64,000 nt of DNA from Balanoglossus misakiensis. Lineage: Eukaryota; Animalia; Hemichordata. Position numbers and translations under genes: made by a program. Shown here piece after piece: positions 23,701-37,900 of the stretch. The notes beneath the pieces were generated by a model. That model was not told the DNA's origin, searched no databases, and was given only the letters and a program-made list of their open reading frames with translations. The stretch's first letter is position 1, and each line of letters opens with the position of its first letter. The stretch covers positions 652,542 through 716,541 of the forward strand of contig CM082583.2 in assembly GCA_040954595.2 (NCBI GenBank). The letters run 5' to 3'.

Positions 23701-26700
23701 CTTACCCGGCAGTACTGCAGGCCGTGCCCCCAACTAACGTCGGTGTTTGAAACGCCCTGGTTAAATTCGGGCTTTCTCTATAAATTGACAGGCAATAATG
23801 CAGTCCTACCGGAACAAATGTCGAGTGTTGACCCGCTGTGACTTTCCCTCTTCGGTTTGCCCGACTTAGCCAACGTCTTTGTACTAGAGTGTCGGGTCTT
23901 TTGCAGAGCCAGGCCGAAGGAAATCCGACTTGATCACCGTTGCTAACGAACGCTAGTGTCTGTCATGGTGTGCCGGGGTTTTAGTCGGGCCAGGCCGTAG
24001 GAGATCTGACTTGATCATCGTGGTCAATGTACGCGTGTTTCCGCTCTAAAGTGCCGGGGCTTCAGCTAAACCAGGCCGTAGGACATCCGCCGTAATCACC
24101 GTTGATAACTTACGCCAGTCTGTGTCATATAGAGCCGGTGCACCAGCCGAGTCACGCCGTAGGAAATCTGACTTGATCAACGTGGTCAATGTACGCCTGT
24201 TTCTGCTCTAGAATGCCGGGGCTTCAGCTGAGCTAGGCCGTAGGAAACCGGACGTGATTACCGTTGTTAACTTACGCCAGTCTGTGTCCTATATATAGTG
24301 CCGGGGCATCAGCCGTGCCAGGCCGAAGGAAATGTGAGTAGATCAACGTGGTCTCTGTACGCGTGTTTCTGCTCTAGAGTGCCAGGGCTTTAGCCAAGCC
24401 ATGCCGTAGGAAATCTGACTTGATCAACGTTGCTAACGAACGCTAGTGTCTGTCATAGTGTGCCGGGGTTTTAGTCGAGCCAAGCCGTAGGAGATCAGAC
24501 TTGATAAACGTGGTCTCTGTACGCGTGTTTCTGCTCTAGAGTGCCGGGGCTTTATCCAAGCCATGCCGTAGAAAATCTGACTTGATCACCGTTGCTAACG
24601 TACGCTAGTGTCTGTCATATTGTGACGGACATTTAGCGGAGCCAGGCCGTAGAAAAATCGACTTGTTCAACGTTACCAGTGTGCAACTGTTTCTGCTCTA
24701 GAGTGTCAGGGTTTTAGCCGACTTATGCTGTAGGAAATCTGAGTTGATGAACGGGAATTCAATGTTAGAAAACCCGTGTGGAAAGTATCTCTACCCGTTT
24801 GAAACTAAGAAAAGAATTTACTCTTATCTATTTTGTAAAAAAGACAATTTTTCGAAAACAAGTCGAAAATGGTAATTTTGTCTTGGGTGATTTTAATTAT
24901 ACCGCCTTTTCTGGAATTTGCAGCACTTTTTACAAGAGAACGACACTTCATGCTCCATAATATTTCCGAAAAAATAAGAAAAGAGTTAATTTTTTATGAT
25001 TTTTTAAAAATTTACCATCTTTGTCAAAATATGGCCAAAATGGCTATTTTTTCTTGAATTCCGTCAATATCTCTGCATTTTTGGAGTGGTCGAAAGTCTT
25101 AATATACAATCAACATGTCATATATGATCAGGGCACCAAATTCGAAGAACAAAGGTTTTTTAATTTTTTTTTCTAAAAATGACATTTTCAAGGAAAATTT
25201 GGTAAAACGCAATTTTGTCTGCAGTGAGCCAAATTAGACGGTCTTTTGTGGAATTTGTATCGATATATACATGCGAAGAGCATTCTATACTCCATCAGAT
25301 TTCCGAAAATGTAGAAAACAGGTATTTTTTGTAATTTTGAAAAATTTACCATTTTGACCAAATTGTGGCTACAATTGTTATTTTCGTGTTGAATGCCGCC
25401 AGTGTCACTGCTTTTAAAAGTCATAAAAACTTTTAACATACAAGCAATTGTTTATATATGATCAGGTCACCGAATTAAAAAAATAAAGAATGTTTTGCCT
25501 AAAAATGACCTTTTTGGTGCAAAAACGAATAAAACGCAATTTTGTATTGAATCAGAATGCATTTTTTATAATCAGCACCATTTTTACATATAATGGAAAT
25601 TTCATACATCATCAGATATCCAAATATGAAAAAATTATTTAGATTTTAGATGATTGTCCAAAATTAGTTGATATCTAATAAATGTAGTATTGAACCATTC
25701 TGTTCCCCCCCCCCCCTACATTATATGCGGTACGCCGATGTCAGCTTACCCGGCAGTACTGCAGGCCGTGCCCCCAACTAACGTCGGTGTTTGAAACGCC
25801 CTGGTTAATTTCGGGCTTTCTCTATAAATTGACAGGCAATAATGCAGTCCTACCCGAACAAATGTCAAGTGTTGAACCGCTGTGACTTTCCCTCTTCGGT
25901 TTGCCCGACTTAGCCAACGTCTTTGTACTAGAGTGTCGGGTCTTTTGCAGAGCCAGGCCGAAGGAAATCCGACTTGATCACCGTTGCTAACGAACGCTAG
26001 TGTCTGTCATGGTGTGCCGGGGTTTTAGTCGAGCCAGGCCGTAGGAGATCTGACTTGATCATCGTGGTCAATGTACGCGTGTTTCCGCTCTAAAGTGCCG
26101 GGGCTTCAGCTAAACCAGGCCGTAGGAAATCCGACGTAATCACTGTTGATAACTTACGCCAGTCTGTGTCATATAGAGCCGGTGCACCAGCCGAGTCACG
26201 CCGTAGGAAATCTGACTTGATCAACGTGGTCAATGTACGCCTGTTTCTGCTCTAGAGTGCCGGGGCTTCAGCTGAGCCAGGCCGTAGGAAACCCGACGTG
26301 ATTACCGTTGTTAACTTACGCCAGTCTGTGTCCTATATATAGTGCCGGGGCATCAGCCGTGCCAGGCCGAAGGAAATGTGAGTAGATCAACGTGGTCTCT
26401 GTACGCGTGTTTCTGCTCTAGAGTGCCAGGACTTTAGCCAAGCCATGCCGTAGGAAATCTGACTTGATCAACGTTGCTAACGAACGCTAGTGTCTGTCAA
26501 AGTGTGCCATGGTTTTAGTCGAGCCAAGCCGTAGGAGATCAGACTTGATCGTCTCTGTACGCGTGTTTCTGCTCTAGAGTGCCGGGGCTTTATCCAAGCC
26601 ATGCCGTAGAAAATCTGACTTGATCACCGTTGCTAACGTACGCTAGTGTCTGTCATATTGTGACGGTGATTTAGCAGAGCCAGGCCGTAGAAAAATCGAC

Positions 26701-28013
26701 ATGTTCAACGTTACCAGTGTGCAACTGTTTCTGCTCTAGAGTGTCAGGGTTTTAGCCGACTTATGCTGTAGGAAATCTGAGTTGATGAATGGGAATTCAA
26801 TGTTAGAAAACCCGTGTGGAAAGTATCTCTACCCGTTTGAAACTAAGAAAAGAATTTATTCTTATTTATTTTGTAAAAAAGACAATTTTTCGAAAAAAAG
26901 TCGAAAATGGTAATTTTGTCTTGGGTGATTCAAATTATACCGCCTTTTCTGGAATTTGCTGCACTTCTTACAAGAGAACGACACTTCATGCTCCATAATA
27001 TTTCGGAAAATGAAGAAAAGAGTTATTTTTTTATGATTTTTTAAAAATTTACCATTTTTGTCAAAATATGGCCAAAATGGCTATTTTTTCTTGAATTCCG
27101 TCAATATATCTGCATTTTTGGAGTGGTCGAAAGTTTTAACATACAATCAACATGTCATATATGATCAGGGCACCAAATTCGAAGAACAAAGGTTTTTTTA
27201 TTTTTTTTCTTCTAAAAATGACATTTTCAAGGAAAATTTGGTAAAACTCAATTTTGTCTGCAGTGAGCCAAATTAGACGGTCTTTTGTGGAATTTGTATC
27301 GATATATACATACGAAGAGCATTCTATACTCCATCAGATTTCCGAAAATGTAGAAAACAGGTATTTTTTTTGTAATTTTCAAAAATTTACCATTTTGACC
27401 AAATTGTGGCTAAAATTGTTATTTTCGTGTTGAATGCCGCCAGTGTCACTGCTTTTAAAAGTCATAAAAACTTTTAACATACAAGCAATTGTTTATATAT
27501 GATCAGGTCACCGAATTAAAAAAATAAAGAATGTTTTGCCTAAAATGACCTTTTTGGTGCAAAAACGAATAAAACGCAATTTTGTATTAAATCAGAATGC
27601 ATTTTTTATAATCAGCACCATTTTTACATGTAATGGAAATTTAATACATCATCAGATATCCAAATATGAAAAAATGATTTAGATTTTAGATGATTGTCCA
27701 AAATTAGCTGATATCTAATAAATATAGTATTGAACCGTTCTGTTCCCCCCCCCCCCTACATTATATGCGGTACGCCGATGTCAGCTTACCCGGCAGTACT
27801 GCAGGCCGTGCCCCCAACTAACGTCGGTGTTTGAAACGCCCTGGTTAAATTCGGGCTTTCTCTATAAATTGACAGGCAATAATGCAGTCCTACCAGAACA
27901 AATGTCGAGTGTTGACCCGCTGTGACTTTCCCTCTTCGGTTTGCCCGACTTAGCCAACGTCTTTGTACTAGAGTGTCGGGTCTTTTGCAGAGCCAGGCCG
28001 AAGGAAATCCGAC

Positions 28014-31000
28014 TTGATCACCGTTGCTAACGAACGCTAGTGTCTGTCATGGTGTGCCGGGGTTTTAGTCGGGCCAGGCCGTAGGAGATCTGACTTGATC
28101 ATCGTGGTCAATGTACGCGTGTTTCCGCTCTAAAGTGCCGGGGCTTCAGCTAAACCAGGCCGTAGGAAATCCGACGTAATCACTGTTGATAACTTACGCC
28201 AGTCTGTGTCATATAGAGCCGGTGCACCAGCCGAGTCACGCCGTAGGAAATCTGACTTGATCAACGTGGTCAATGTACGCCTGTTTCTGCTCTAGAGTGC
28301 CGGGGCATCAGCCGTGCCAGGCCGAAGGAAATGTGAGTAGATCAACGTGGTCTCTGTACGCGTGTTTCTGCTCTAGAGTGCCAGGACTTTAGCCAAGCCA
28401 TGCCGTAGGAAATCTGACTTGATCAACGTTGCTAACGAACGCTAGTGTCTGTCAAAGTGTGCCATGGTTTTAGTCGAGCCAAGCCGTAGGAGATCAGACT
28501 TGATCGTCTCTGTACGCGTGTTTCTGCTCTAGAGTGCCGGGGCTTTATCCAAGCCATGCCGTAGAAAATCTGACTTGATCACCGTTGCTAACGTACGCTA
28601 GTGTCTGTCATATTGTGACGGTGATTTAGCAGAGCCAGGCCGTAGAAAAATCGACATGTTCAACGTTACCAGTGTGCAACTGTTTCTGCTCTAGAGTGTC
28701 AGGGTTTTAGCCGACTTATGCTGTAGGAAATCTGAGTTGATGAATGGGAATTCAATGTTAGAAAACCCGTGTGGAAAGTATCTCTACCCGTTTGAAACTA
28801 AGAAAAGAATTTATTCTTATTTATTTTGTAAAAAAGACAATTTTTCGAAAAAAAGTCGAAAATGGTAATTTTGTCTTGGGTGATTCAAATTATACCGCCT
28901 TTTCTGGAATTTGCTGCACTTCTTACAAGAGAACGACACTTCATGCTCCATAATATTTCGGAAAATGAAGAAAAGAGTTATTTTTTTATGATTTTTTAAA
29001 AATTTACCATTTTTGTCAAAATATGGCCAAAATGGCTATTTTGTCTTGAATTCCGTCAATATATCTGCATTTTTGGAGTGGTCGAAAGTTTTAACATACA
29101 ATCAACATGTCATATATGATCAGGGCACCAAATTCGAAGAACAAAGGTTTTTTTATTTTTTTTCTTCTAAAAATGACATTTTCAAGGAAAATTTGGTAAA
29201 ACTCAATTTTGTCTGCAGTGAGCCAAATTAGACGGTCTTTTGTGGAATTTGTATCGATATATACATACGAAGAGCATTCTATACTCCATCAGATTTCCGA
29301 AAATGTAGAAAACAGGTATTTTTTTGTAATTTTCAAAAATTTACCATTTTGACCAAATTGTGGCTAAAATTGTTATTTTCGTGTTGAATGCCGCCAGTGT
29401 CACTGCTTTTAAAAGTCATAAAAACTTTTAACATACAAGCAATTGTTTATATATGATCAGGTCACCGAATTAAACAAATAAAGAATGTTTTGCCTATAAA
29501 TGACCTTTTTGATGCAAAAACAAATAAAACGCAATTTTGTATTAAATCAGAATGCATTTTTTATAATCAGCACCATTTTTACATGTAATGGAAATTTAAT
29601 ACATCATCAGATATCCAAATATGAAAAAATGATTTAGATTTTAGATGATTGTCCAAAATTAGCTGATATCTAATAAATATAGTATTGAACCGTTCTGTCC
29701 CCCCCCCCCCTACATTATATGCGGTACGCCGATGTCAGCTTACCCGGCAGTACTGCAGGCCGTGCCCCCAACTAACGTCGGTGTTTGAAACGCCCTGGTT
29801 AAATTCGGGCTTTCTCTATAAATTGACAGGCAATAATGCAGTCCTACCAGAACAAATGTCGAGTGTTGACCCGCTGTGACTTTCCCTCTTCGGTTTGCCC
29901 GACTTAGCCAACGTCTTTGTACTAGAGTGTCGGGTCTTTTGCAGAGCCAGGCCGAAGGAAATCCGACTTGATCACCGTTGCTAACGAACGCTAGTGTCTG
30001 TCATGGTGTGCCGGGGTTTTAGTCGGGCCAGGCCGTAGGAGATCTGACTTGATCATCGTGGTCAATGTACGCGTGTTTCCGCTCTAAAGTGCCGGGGCTT
30101 CAGCTAAACCAGGCCGTAGGACATCCGCCGTAATCACCGTTGATAACTTACGCCAGTCTGTGTCATATAGAGCCGGTGCACCAGCCGAGTCACGCCGTAG
30201 GAAATCTGACTTGATCAACGTGGTCAATGTACGCCTGTTTCTGCTCTAGAGTGCCGGGGCATCAGCCGTGCCAGGCCGAAGGAAATGTGAGTAGATCAAC
30301 GTGGTCTCTGTACGCGTGTTTCTGCTCTAGAGTGCCAGGACTTTAGCCAAGCCATGCCGTAGGAAATCTGACTTGATCAACGTTGCTAACGAACGCTAGT
30401 GTCTGTCAAAGTGTGCCATGGTTTTAGTCGAGCCAAGCCGTAGGAGATCAGACTTGATCGTCTCTGTACGCGTGTTTCTGCTCTAGAGTGCCGGGGCTTT
30501 ATCCAAGCCATGCCGTAGAAAATCTGACTTGATCACCGTTGCTAACGTACGCTAGTGTCTGTCATATTGTGACGGTGATTTAGCAGAGCCAGGCCGTAGA
30601 AAAATCGACATGTTCAACGTTACCAGTGTGCAACTGTTTCTGCTCTAGAGTGTCAGGGTTTTAGCCGACTTATGCTGTAGGAAATCTGAGTTGATGAATG
30701 GGAATTCAATGTTAGAAAACCCGTGTGGAAAGTATCTCTACCCGTTTGAAACTAAGAAAAGAATTTATTCTTATTTATTTTGTAAAAAAGACAATTTTTC
30801 GAAAAAAAGTCGAAAATGGTAATTTTGTCTTGGGTGATTCAAATTATACCGCCTTTTCTGGAATTTGCTGCACTTCTTACAAGAGAACGACACTTCATGC
30901 TCCATAATATTTCGGAAAATGAAGAAAAGAGTTATTTTTTATGATTTTTTAAAAATTTACCATTTTTGTCAAAATATGGCCAAAATGGCTATTTTGTCTT

Positions 31001-31920
31001 GAATTCCGTCAATATATCTGCATTTTTGGAGTGGTCGAAAGTTTTAACATACAATCAACATGTCATATATGATCAGGGCACCAAATTCGAATAACAAAGG
31101 TTTTTTTATTTTTTTTCTTCTAAAAATGACATTTTCAAGGAAAATTTGGTAAAACTCAATTTTGTCTGCAGTGAGCCAAATTAGACGGTCTTTTGTGGAA
31201 TTTGTATCGATATATACATACGAAGAGCATTCTATACTCCATCAGATTTCCGAAAATGTAGAAAACAGGTATTTTTTTGTAATTTTCAAAAATTTACCAT
31301 TTTGACCAAATTGTGGCTAAAATTGTTATTTCGTGTTGAATGCCGCCAGTGTCACTGCTTTTAAAAGTCATAAAAACTTTTAACATACAAGCAATTGTTT
31401 ATATATGATCAGGTCACCGAATTAAACAAATAAAGAATGTTTTGCCTATAAATGACCTTTTTGATGCAAAAACGAATAAAACGCAATTTTGTATTAAATC
31501 AGAATGCATTTTTTATAATCAGCACCATTTTTACATGTAATGGAAATTTAATACATCATCAGATATCCAAATATGAAAAAATGATTTAGATTTTAGATGA
31601 TTGTCCAAAATTAGCTGATATCTAATAAATATAGTATTGAACCGTTCTGTCCCCCCCCCCCCCTACATTATATGCGGTACGCCGATGTCAGCTTACCCGG
31701 CAGTACTGCAGGCCGTGCCCCCAACTAACGTCGGTGTTTGAAACGCCCTGGTTAAATTCGGGCTTTCTCTATAAATTGACAGGCAATAATGCAGTCCTAC
31801 CAGAACAAATGTCGAGTGTTGACCCGCTGTGACTTTCCCTCTTCGGTTTGCCCGACTTAGCCAACGTCTTTGTACTAGAGTGTCGGGTCTTTTGCAGAGC
31901 CAGGCCGAAGGAAATCCGAC
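28014..31920. repeat. Two short monomers M15-M16 (1954 and 1953 bp) sharing an 85-bp deletion
   Basis: Subunit 4/5 hybrid ctctagagtgccggggc|atcagccgtgcc at 28296-28306 and 30250-30260. Confidence 0.93.
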
Positions 31921-34900
31921 TTGATCACCGTTGCTAACGAACGCTAGTGTCTGTCATGGTGTGCCGGGGTTTTAGTCGGGCCAGGCCGTAGGAGATCTGA
32001 CTTGATCATCGTGGTCAATGTACGCGTGTTTCCGCTCTAAAGTGCCGGGGCTTCAGCTAAACCAGGCCGTAGGACATCCGCCGTAATCACCGTTGATAAC
32101 TTACGCCAGTCTGTGTCATATAGAGCCGGTGCACCAGCCGAGTCACGCCGTAGGAAATCTGACTTGATCAACGTGGTCAATGTACGCCTGTTTCTGCTCT
32201 AGAATGCCGGGGCTTCAGCTGAGCCAGGCCGTAGGAAATCCGACTTGATCACCGTTGTTAACTTACGCCAGTCTGTGTCCTATATATAGTGCCGGGGCAT
32301 CAGCCGTGCCAGGCCGAAGGAAATGTGAGTAGATCAACGTGGTCTCTGTACGCGTGTTTCTGCTCTAGAGTGCCAGGGCTTTAGCCAAGCCATGCCGTAG
32401 GAAATCTGACTTGATCAACGTTGCTAACGAACGCTAGTGTCTGTCATAGTGTGCCAGGGTTTTAGTCGAGCCAAGCCGTAGGAGATCAGACTTGATTAAC
32501 GTGGTCTCTGTACGCGTGTTTCTGCTCTAGAGTGCCCGGGCTTTATCCAACCCATGCCGTAGAAAATCTGACTTGATCACCGTTGCTAACGTACGCTAGT
32601 GTCTGTCATATTGTGACGGAGATTTAGCAGAGCCAGGCCGTAGAAAAATCGACATGTTCAACGTTACCAGTGTGCAACTGTTTCTGCTCTAGAGTGTCAG
32701 GGTTTTAGCCGACTTATGCTGTAGGAAATCTGAGTTGATGAATGGGAATTCAATGTTAGAAAACCCGTGTGGAAAGTATCTCTACCCGTTTGAAACTAAG
32801 AAAAGAATTTATTCTTATTTATTTTGTAAAAAAGACAATTTTTCGAAAAAAAGTCGAAAATGGTAATTTTGTCTTGGGTGATTCAAATTATACCGCCTTT
32901 TCTGGAATTTGCTGCACTTCTTACAAGAGAACGACACTTCATGCTCCATAATATTTCGGAAAATGAAGAAAAGAGTTATTTTTTTATGATTTTTTAAAAA
33001 TTTACCATTTTTGTCAAAATATGGCCAAAATGGCTATTTTTTCTTGAATTCCGTCAATATATCTGCATTTTTGGAGTGGTCGAAAGTTTTAACATACAAT
33101 CAACATGTCATATATGATCAGGGCACCAAATTCGAAGAACAAAGGTTTTTTTATTTTTTTTTCTAAAAATGACATTTTCAAGGAAAATTTGGTAAAACGC
33201 AATTTTGTCTGCAGTGAGCCAAATTGGCCGTTTTTTGTGGAATTTGTATCGATATATATATACGAAGAGCATTCTATACTCCATCAGATTTCCGAAAATG
33301 TAGAAAACAGGTATTTTTGTAATTTTCAAAAATTTACCATTTTGACCAAATTGTGGCTAAAATTGTTATTTTCGTGTTGAATGCCGCCAGTGTCACTGCT
33401 TTTAAAAGTCATAAAAACTTTTAACATACAAGCAATTGTTTATATATGATCAGGTCACCGAATTAAAAAAATAAAGAATGTTTTGCCTAAAAATGACCTT
33501 TTTGGTGCAAAAACGAATAAAACGCAATTTTGTATTAAATCAGAGTGCATTTTTTATAATCAGCACCATTTTTACATATAATGGAAATTTCATACATCAT
33601 CAGATATCCAAATATGAAAAAATGATTTAGATTTTAGATGATTGTCCAAAATTAGCTGATATGTAATAAATGTAGTATTGAACCGTTCTGTTCCCCCCCC
33701 CCCCTACATTATATGCGGTACGCCGATGTCAGCTTTCCCGGCAGTACTGCAGGCCGTGCCCCCAACTAACGTCGGTGTTTGAAACGCCCTGGTTAAATTC
33801 GGGCTTTCTCTATAAATTGACAGGCAATAATGCAGTCCTACTGGAACAAATGTCAAGTGTTGAACCGTTGTGACTTTCCCTGTTCGGTTTGCCCGACTTA
33901 GCCAACGTCTTTGTACTAGAGTGTCGGGTCTTTTGCAGAGCCAGGCCGAAGGAAATCCGACTTGATCACCGTTGCTAACGAACGCTAGTGTCTGTCATGG
34001 TGTGCCGGGGTTTTAGTCGAGCCAGGCCGTAGGAGATCTGACTTGATCATCGTGGTCAATGTACGCGTGTTTCCGCTCTAAAGTGCCGGGGCTTCAGCTA
34101 AACCAGGCCGTAGGAAATCCGACGTAATCACCGTTGATAACTTGCGCCAGTCTGTGTCATATAGAGCCGGTGCACCAGCCGAGTCACGCCGTAGGAAATC
34201 TGACTTGATCAACGTGGTCAATGTACGCCTGTTTCTGCTCTAGAGTGCCGGGGCTTCAGCTGAGCCAGGCCGTAGGAAACCCGACGTGATTACCGTTGTT
34301 AACTTACGCCAGTCTGTGTCCTATATATAGTGCCGGGGCATCAGCCGTGCCAGGCCGAAGGAAATGTGAGTAGATCAACGTGGTCTCTGTACGCGTGTTT
34401 CTGCTCTAGAGTGCCAGGGCTTTAGCCAAGCCATGCCGTAGGAAATCTGACTTGATCAACGTTGCTAACGAACGCTAGTGTCTGTCATAGTGTGCCATGG
34501 TTTTAGTCGAGCCAAGCCGTAGGAGATCAGACTTGATCAACGTGGTCTCTGTACGCGTGTTTCTGCTCTAGAGTGCCGGGGCTTTATCCAAGCCATGCCG
34601 TAGAAAATCTGACTTGATCACCGTTGCTAACGTACGCTAGTGTCTGTCATATTGTGACGGTGATTTAGCGGAGCCAGGCCGTAGAAAAATCGACATGTTC
34701 AACGTTACCAGTGTGCAACTGTTTCTGCTCTAGAGTGTCAGGGTTTTAGCCGACTTATGCTGTAGGAAATCTGAGTTGACGAATGGGAATTCAATGTTAG
34801 AAAACCCGTGTGGAAAGTATCTCTACCAGTTTGAAACTAAGAAAAGAATTTATTCTTATTTATTTTGTAAAAAAGACAATTTTTCGAAAAAAAGTCCGAA

Positions 34901-37900
34901 AATGGTAATTTTGTCTTGGGTGATTCAAATTATACCGCCTTTTCTGGAATTTGCTGCACTTCTTACAAGAGAACGACACTTCATGCTCCATAATATTTCG
35001 GAAAATGAAGAAAAGAGTTATTTTTTTATGATTTTTTAAAAATTTACCATTTTTGTCAAAATATGGCCAAAATGGCTATTTTTCTTGAATTCCGTCAATA
35101 TATCTGCATTTTTGGAGTGGTCGAAAGTTTTAACATACAATCAACATGTCATATATGATCAGGGCACCAAATTCGAAGAACTAAGGTTTTTTTATTTTTT
35201 TTCTTCTAAAAATGACATTTTCAAGGAAAATTTGGTAAAACGCAATTTTGTCTGCAGTGAGCCAAATTAGACGGTCTTTTGTGGAATTTGTATCGATATA
35301 TACATACGAAGAGCATTCTATACTCCATCAGATTTCCGAAAATGTAGAAAACAGGTATTTTTTTGTAATTTTCAAAAATTTACCATTTTGACCAAATTGT
35401 GGCTAAAATTGTTATTTTCGTGTTGAATGCCGCCAGTGTCACTGCTTTTAAAAGTCATAAAAACTTTTAACATACAAGCAATTGTTTATATATGATCAGG
35501 TCACCGAATTAAAAAAATAAAGAATGTTTTGCCTAAAAATGACCTTTTTGGTGCAAAAACGAATAAAACGCAATTTTGTATTAAATCAGAATGCATTTTT
35601 TATAATCAGCACCATTTTTACATGTAATGGAAATTTAATACATCATCAGATATCCAAATATGAAAAAAATGATTTAGATTTTAGATGATTGTCCAAAATT
35701 AGCTGATATCTAATAAATGTAGTATTGAACCGTTCTGTTCCCCCCCCCTACATTATATGCGGTACGCCGATGTCAGCTTACCCGGCAGTACTGCAGGCCG
35801 TGCCCCCAACTAACGTCGGTGTTTGAAATGCCCTGGTTAAATTCGGGCTTTCTCTATAAATTGACAGGCAATAATGCAGTCCTACCGGAACAAATGTCGA
35901 GTGTTGACCCGCTGTGACTTTCCCTCTTCGGTTTGCCCGACTTAGCCAACGTCTTTGTAATAGAGTGTCGGGTCTTTTGCAGAGCCAGGCCGAAGGAAAT
36001 CCGACTTGATCACCGTTGCTAACGAACGCTAGTGTCTGTCATGGTGTGCCGGGGTTTTAGTCGGGCCAGGCCGTAGGAGATCTGACTTGATCATCGTGGT
36101 CAATGTACGCGTGTTTAAGCTCTAAAGTGCCGGGGCTTCAGCTAAACCAGGCCGTAGGACATCCGCCGTAATCACCGTTGATAACTTACGCCAGTCTGTG
36201 TCATATAGAGCCGGTGCACCAGCCGAGTCACGCCGTAGGAAATCTGACTTGATCAACGTGGTCAATGTACGCCTGTTTCTGCTCTAGAATGCCGGGGCTT
36301 CAGCTGAGCCAGGCCGTAGGAAACCCGACGTGATTACCGTTGTTAACTTACGCCAGTCTGTGTCCTATATATAGTGCCGGGGCATCAGCCGTGCCAGGCC
36401 GAAGGAAATGTGAGTAGATCAACGTGGTCTCTGTACGCGTGTTTCTGCTCTAGAGTGCCAGGGCTTTAGCCAAGCCATGCCGTAGGAAATCTGACTTGAT
36501 CAACGTTGCTAACGAACGCTAGTGTCTGTCATAGTGTGCCGGGGTTTTAGTCGAGCCAAGCCGTAGGAGATCAGACTTGATCAACGTGGTCTCTGTACGC
36601 GTGTTTATGCTCTAGAGTGCCGGGGCTTTATCCAAGCCATGCCGTAGAAAATCTGACTTGATCACCGTTGCTAACGTACGCTAGTGTCTGTCATATTGTG
36701 ACGGACATTTAGCGGAGCCAGGCCGTAGAAAAATCGACTTGTTCAACGTTACCAGTGTGCAACTGTTTCTGCTCTAGAGTGTCAAGGTTTTAGCCGACTT
36801 ATGCTGTAGGAAATCTGAGTTGATGAACGGGAATTCAATGTTAGAAAACCCGTGTGGAAAGTATCTCTACCCGATTGAAACTAAGAAAAGAATTTATTCT
36901 TATTTATTTTGTAAAAAAGACAATTTTTCGAAAACAAGTCGAAAATGGTAATTTTGTCTTGGGTGATTTAAATTATACTGCCTTTTCTGGAATTTGCAGC
37001 ACTTTTTACAAGAGAACGACACTTCATGCTCCATAATATTTCCGAAAAAATAAGAAAAGAGTTAATTTTTTATGATTTTTTAAAAATTTACCATTTTTGT
37101 CAAAATATGGCCAAAATGGCTATTTTTTCTTGAATTCCGTCAATATCTCTGCATTTTTGGAGTGGTCGAAAGTCTTAATATACAATCAACATGTCATATA
37201 TGATCAGGGCACCAAATACGAAGAACAAAGGTTTTTTAATTTTTTTTCTAAAAATGACATTTTCGAGGAAAATTTGGTAAACGCAATTTTGTCTGCAGTG
37301 AGCCAAATTAGACGGTCTTTTGTGGAATTTGTATCGATATATACATACGAAGAGCATTCTATACTCCATCAGATTTCCGAAAATGTAGAAAACAGGTATT
37401 TTTTGTAATTTTCAAAAAATTACCATTTTGACCAAATTGTGGCTACAATTGTTATTTTCGTGTTGAATGCCGCCAGTGTCACTGCTTTTAAAAGTCATAA
37501 AAACTTTTAACATGAAAGCAATTGTTTATATATGATCAGGTCACCGAATTAAAAAAATAAAGAATGTTTTGCCTAAAAATGACCTTTTAGGTGCAAAAAC
37601 GAATAAAACGCAATTTTTTATTGAATCAGAATGCATTTTTTATAATCAGCACCATTTTTACATATCATGGAAATTTCATACATCATCAGATATCCAAATA
37701 TGAAAAAATGATTTAGATTTTAGATGATTGTCCAAAATTAGTTGATATCTAATAAATGTAGTATTGAACCGTTCTGTTCCCCCCCCCCCCTTACATTATA
37801 TGCGGTACGCCGATGTCAGCTTACCCGGCAGTACTGCAGGCCGTGCCCCCAACAAACGTCGGTGTTTGAAACGCCCTGGTTAATTTCGGGCTTTCTCTAT

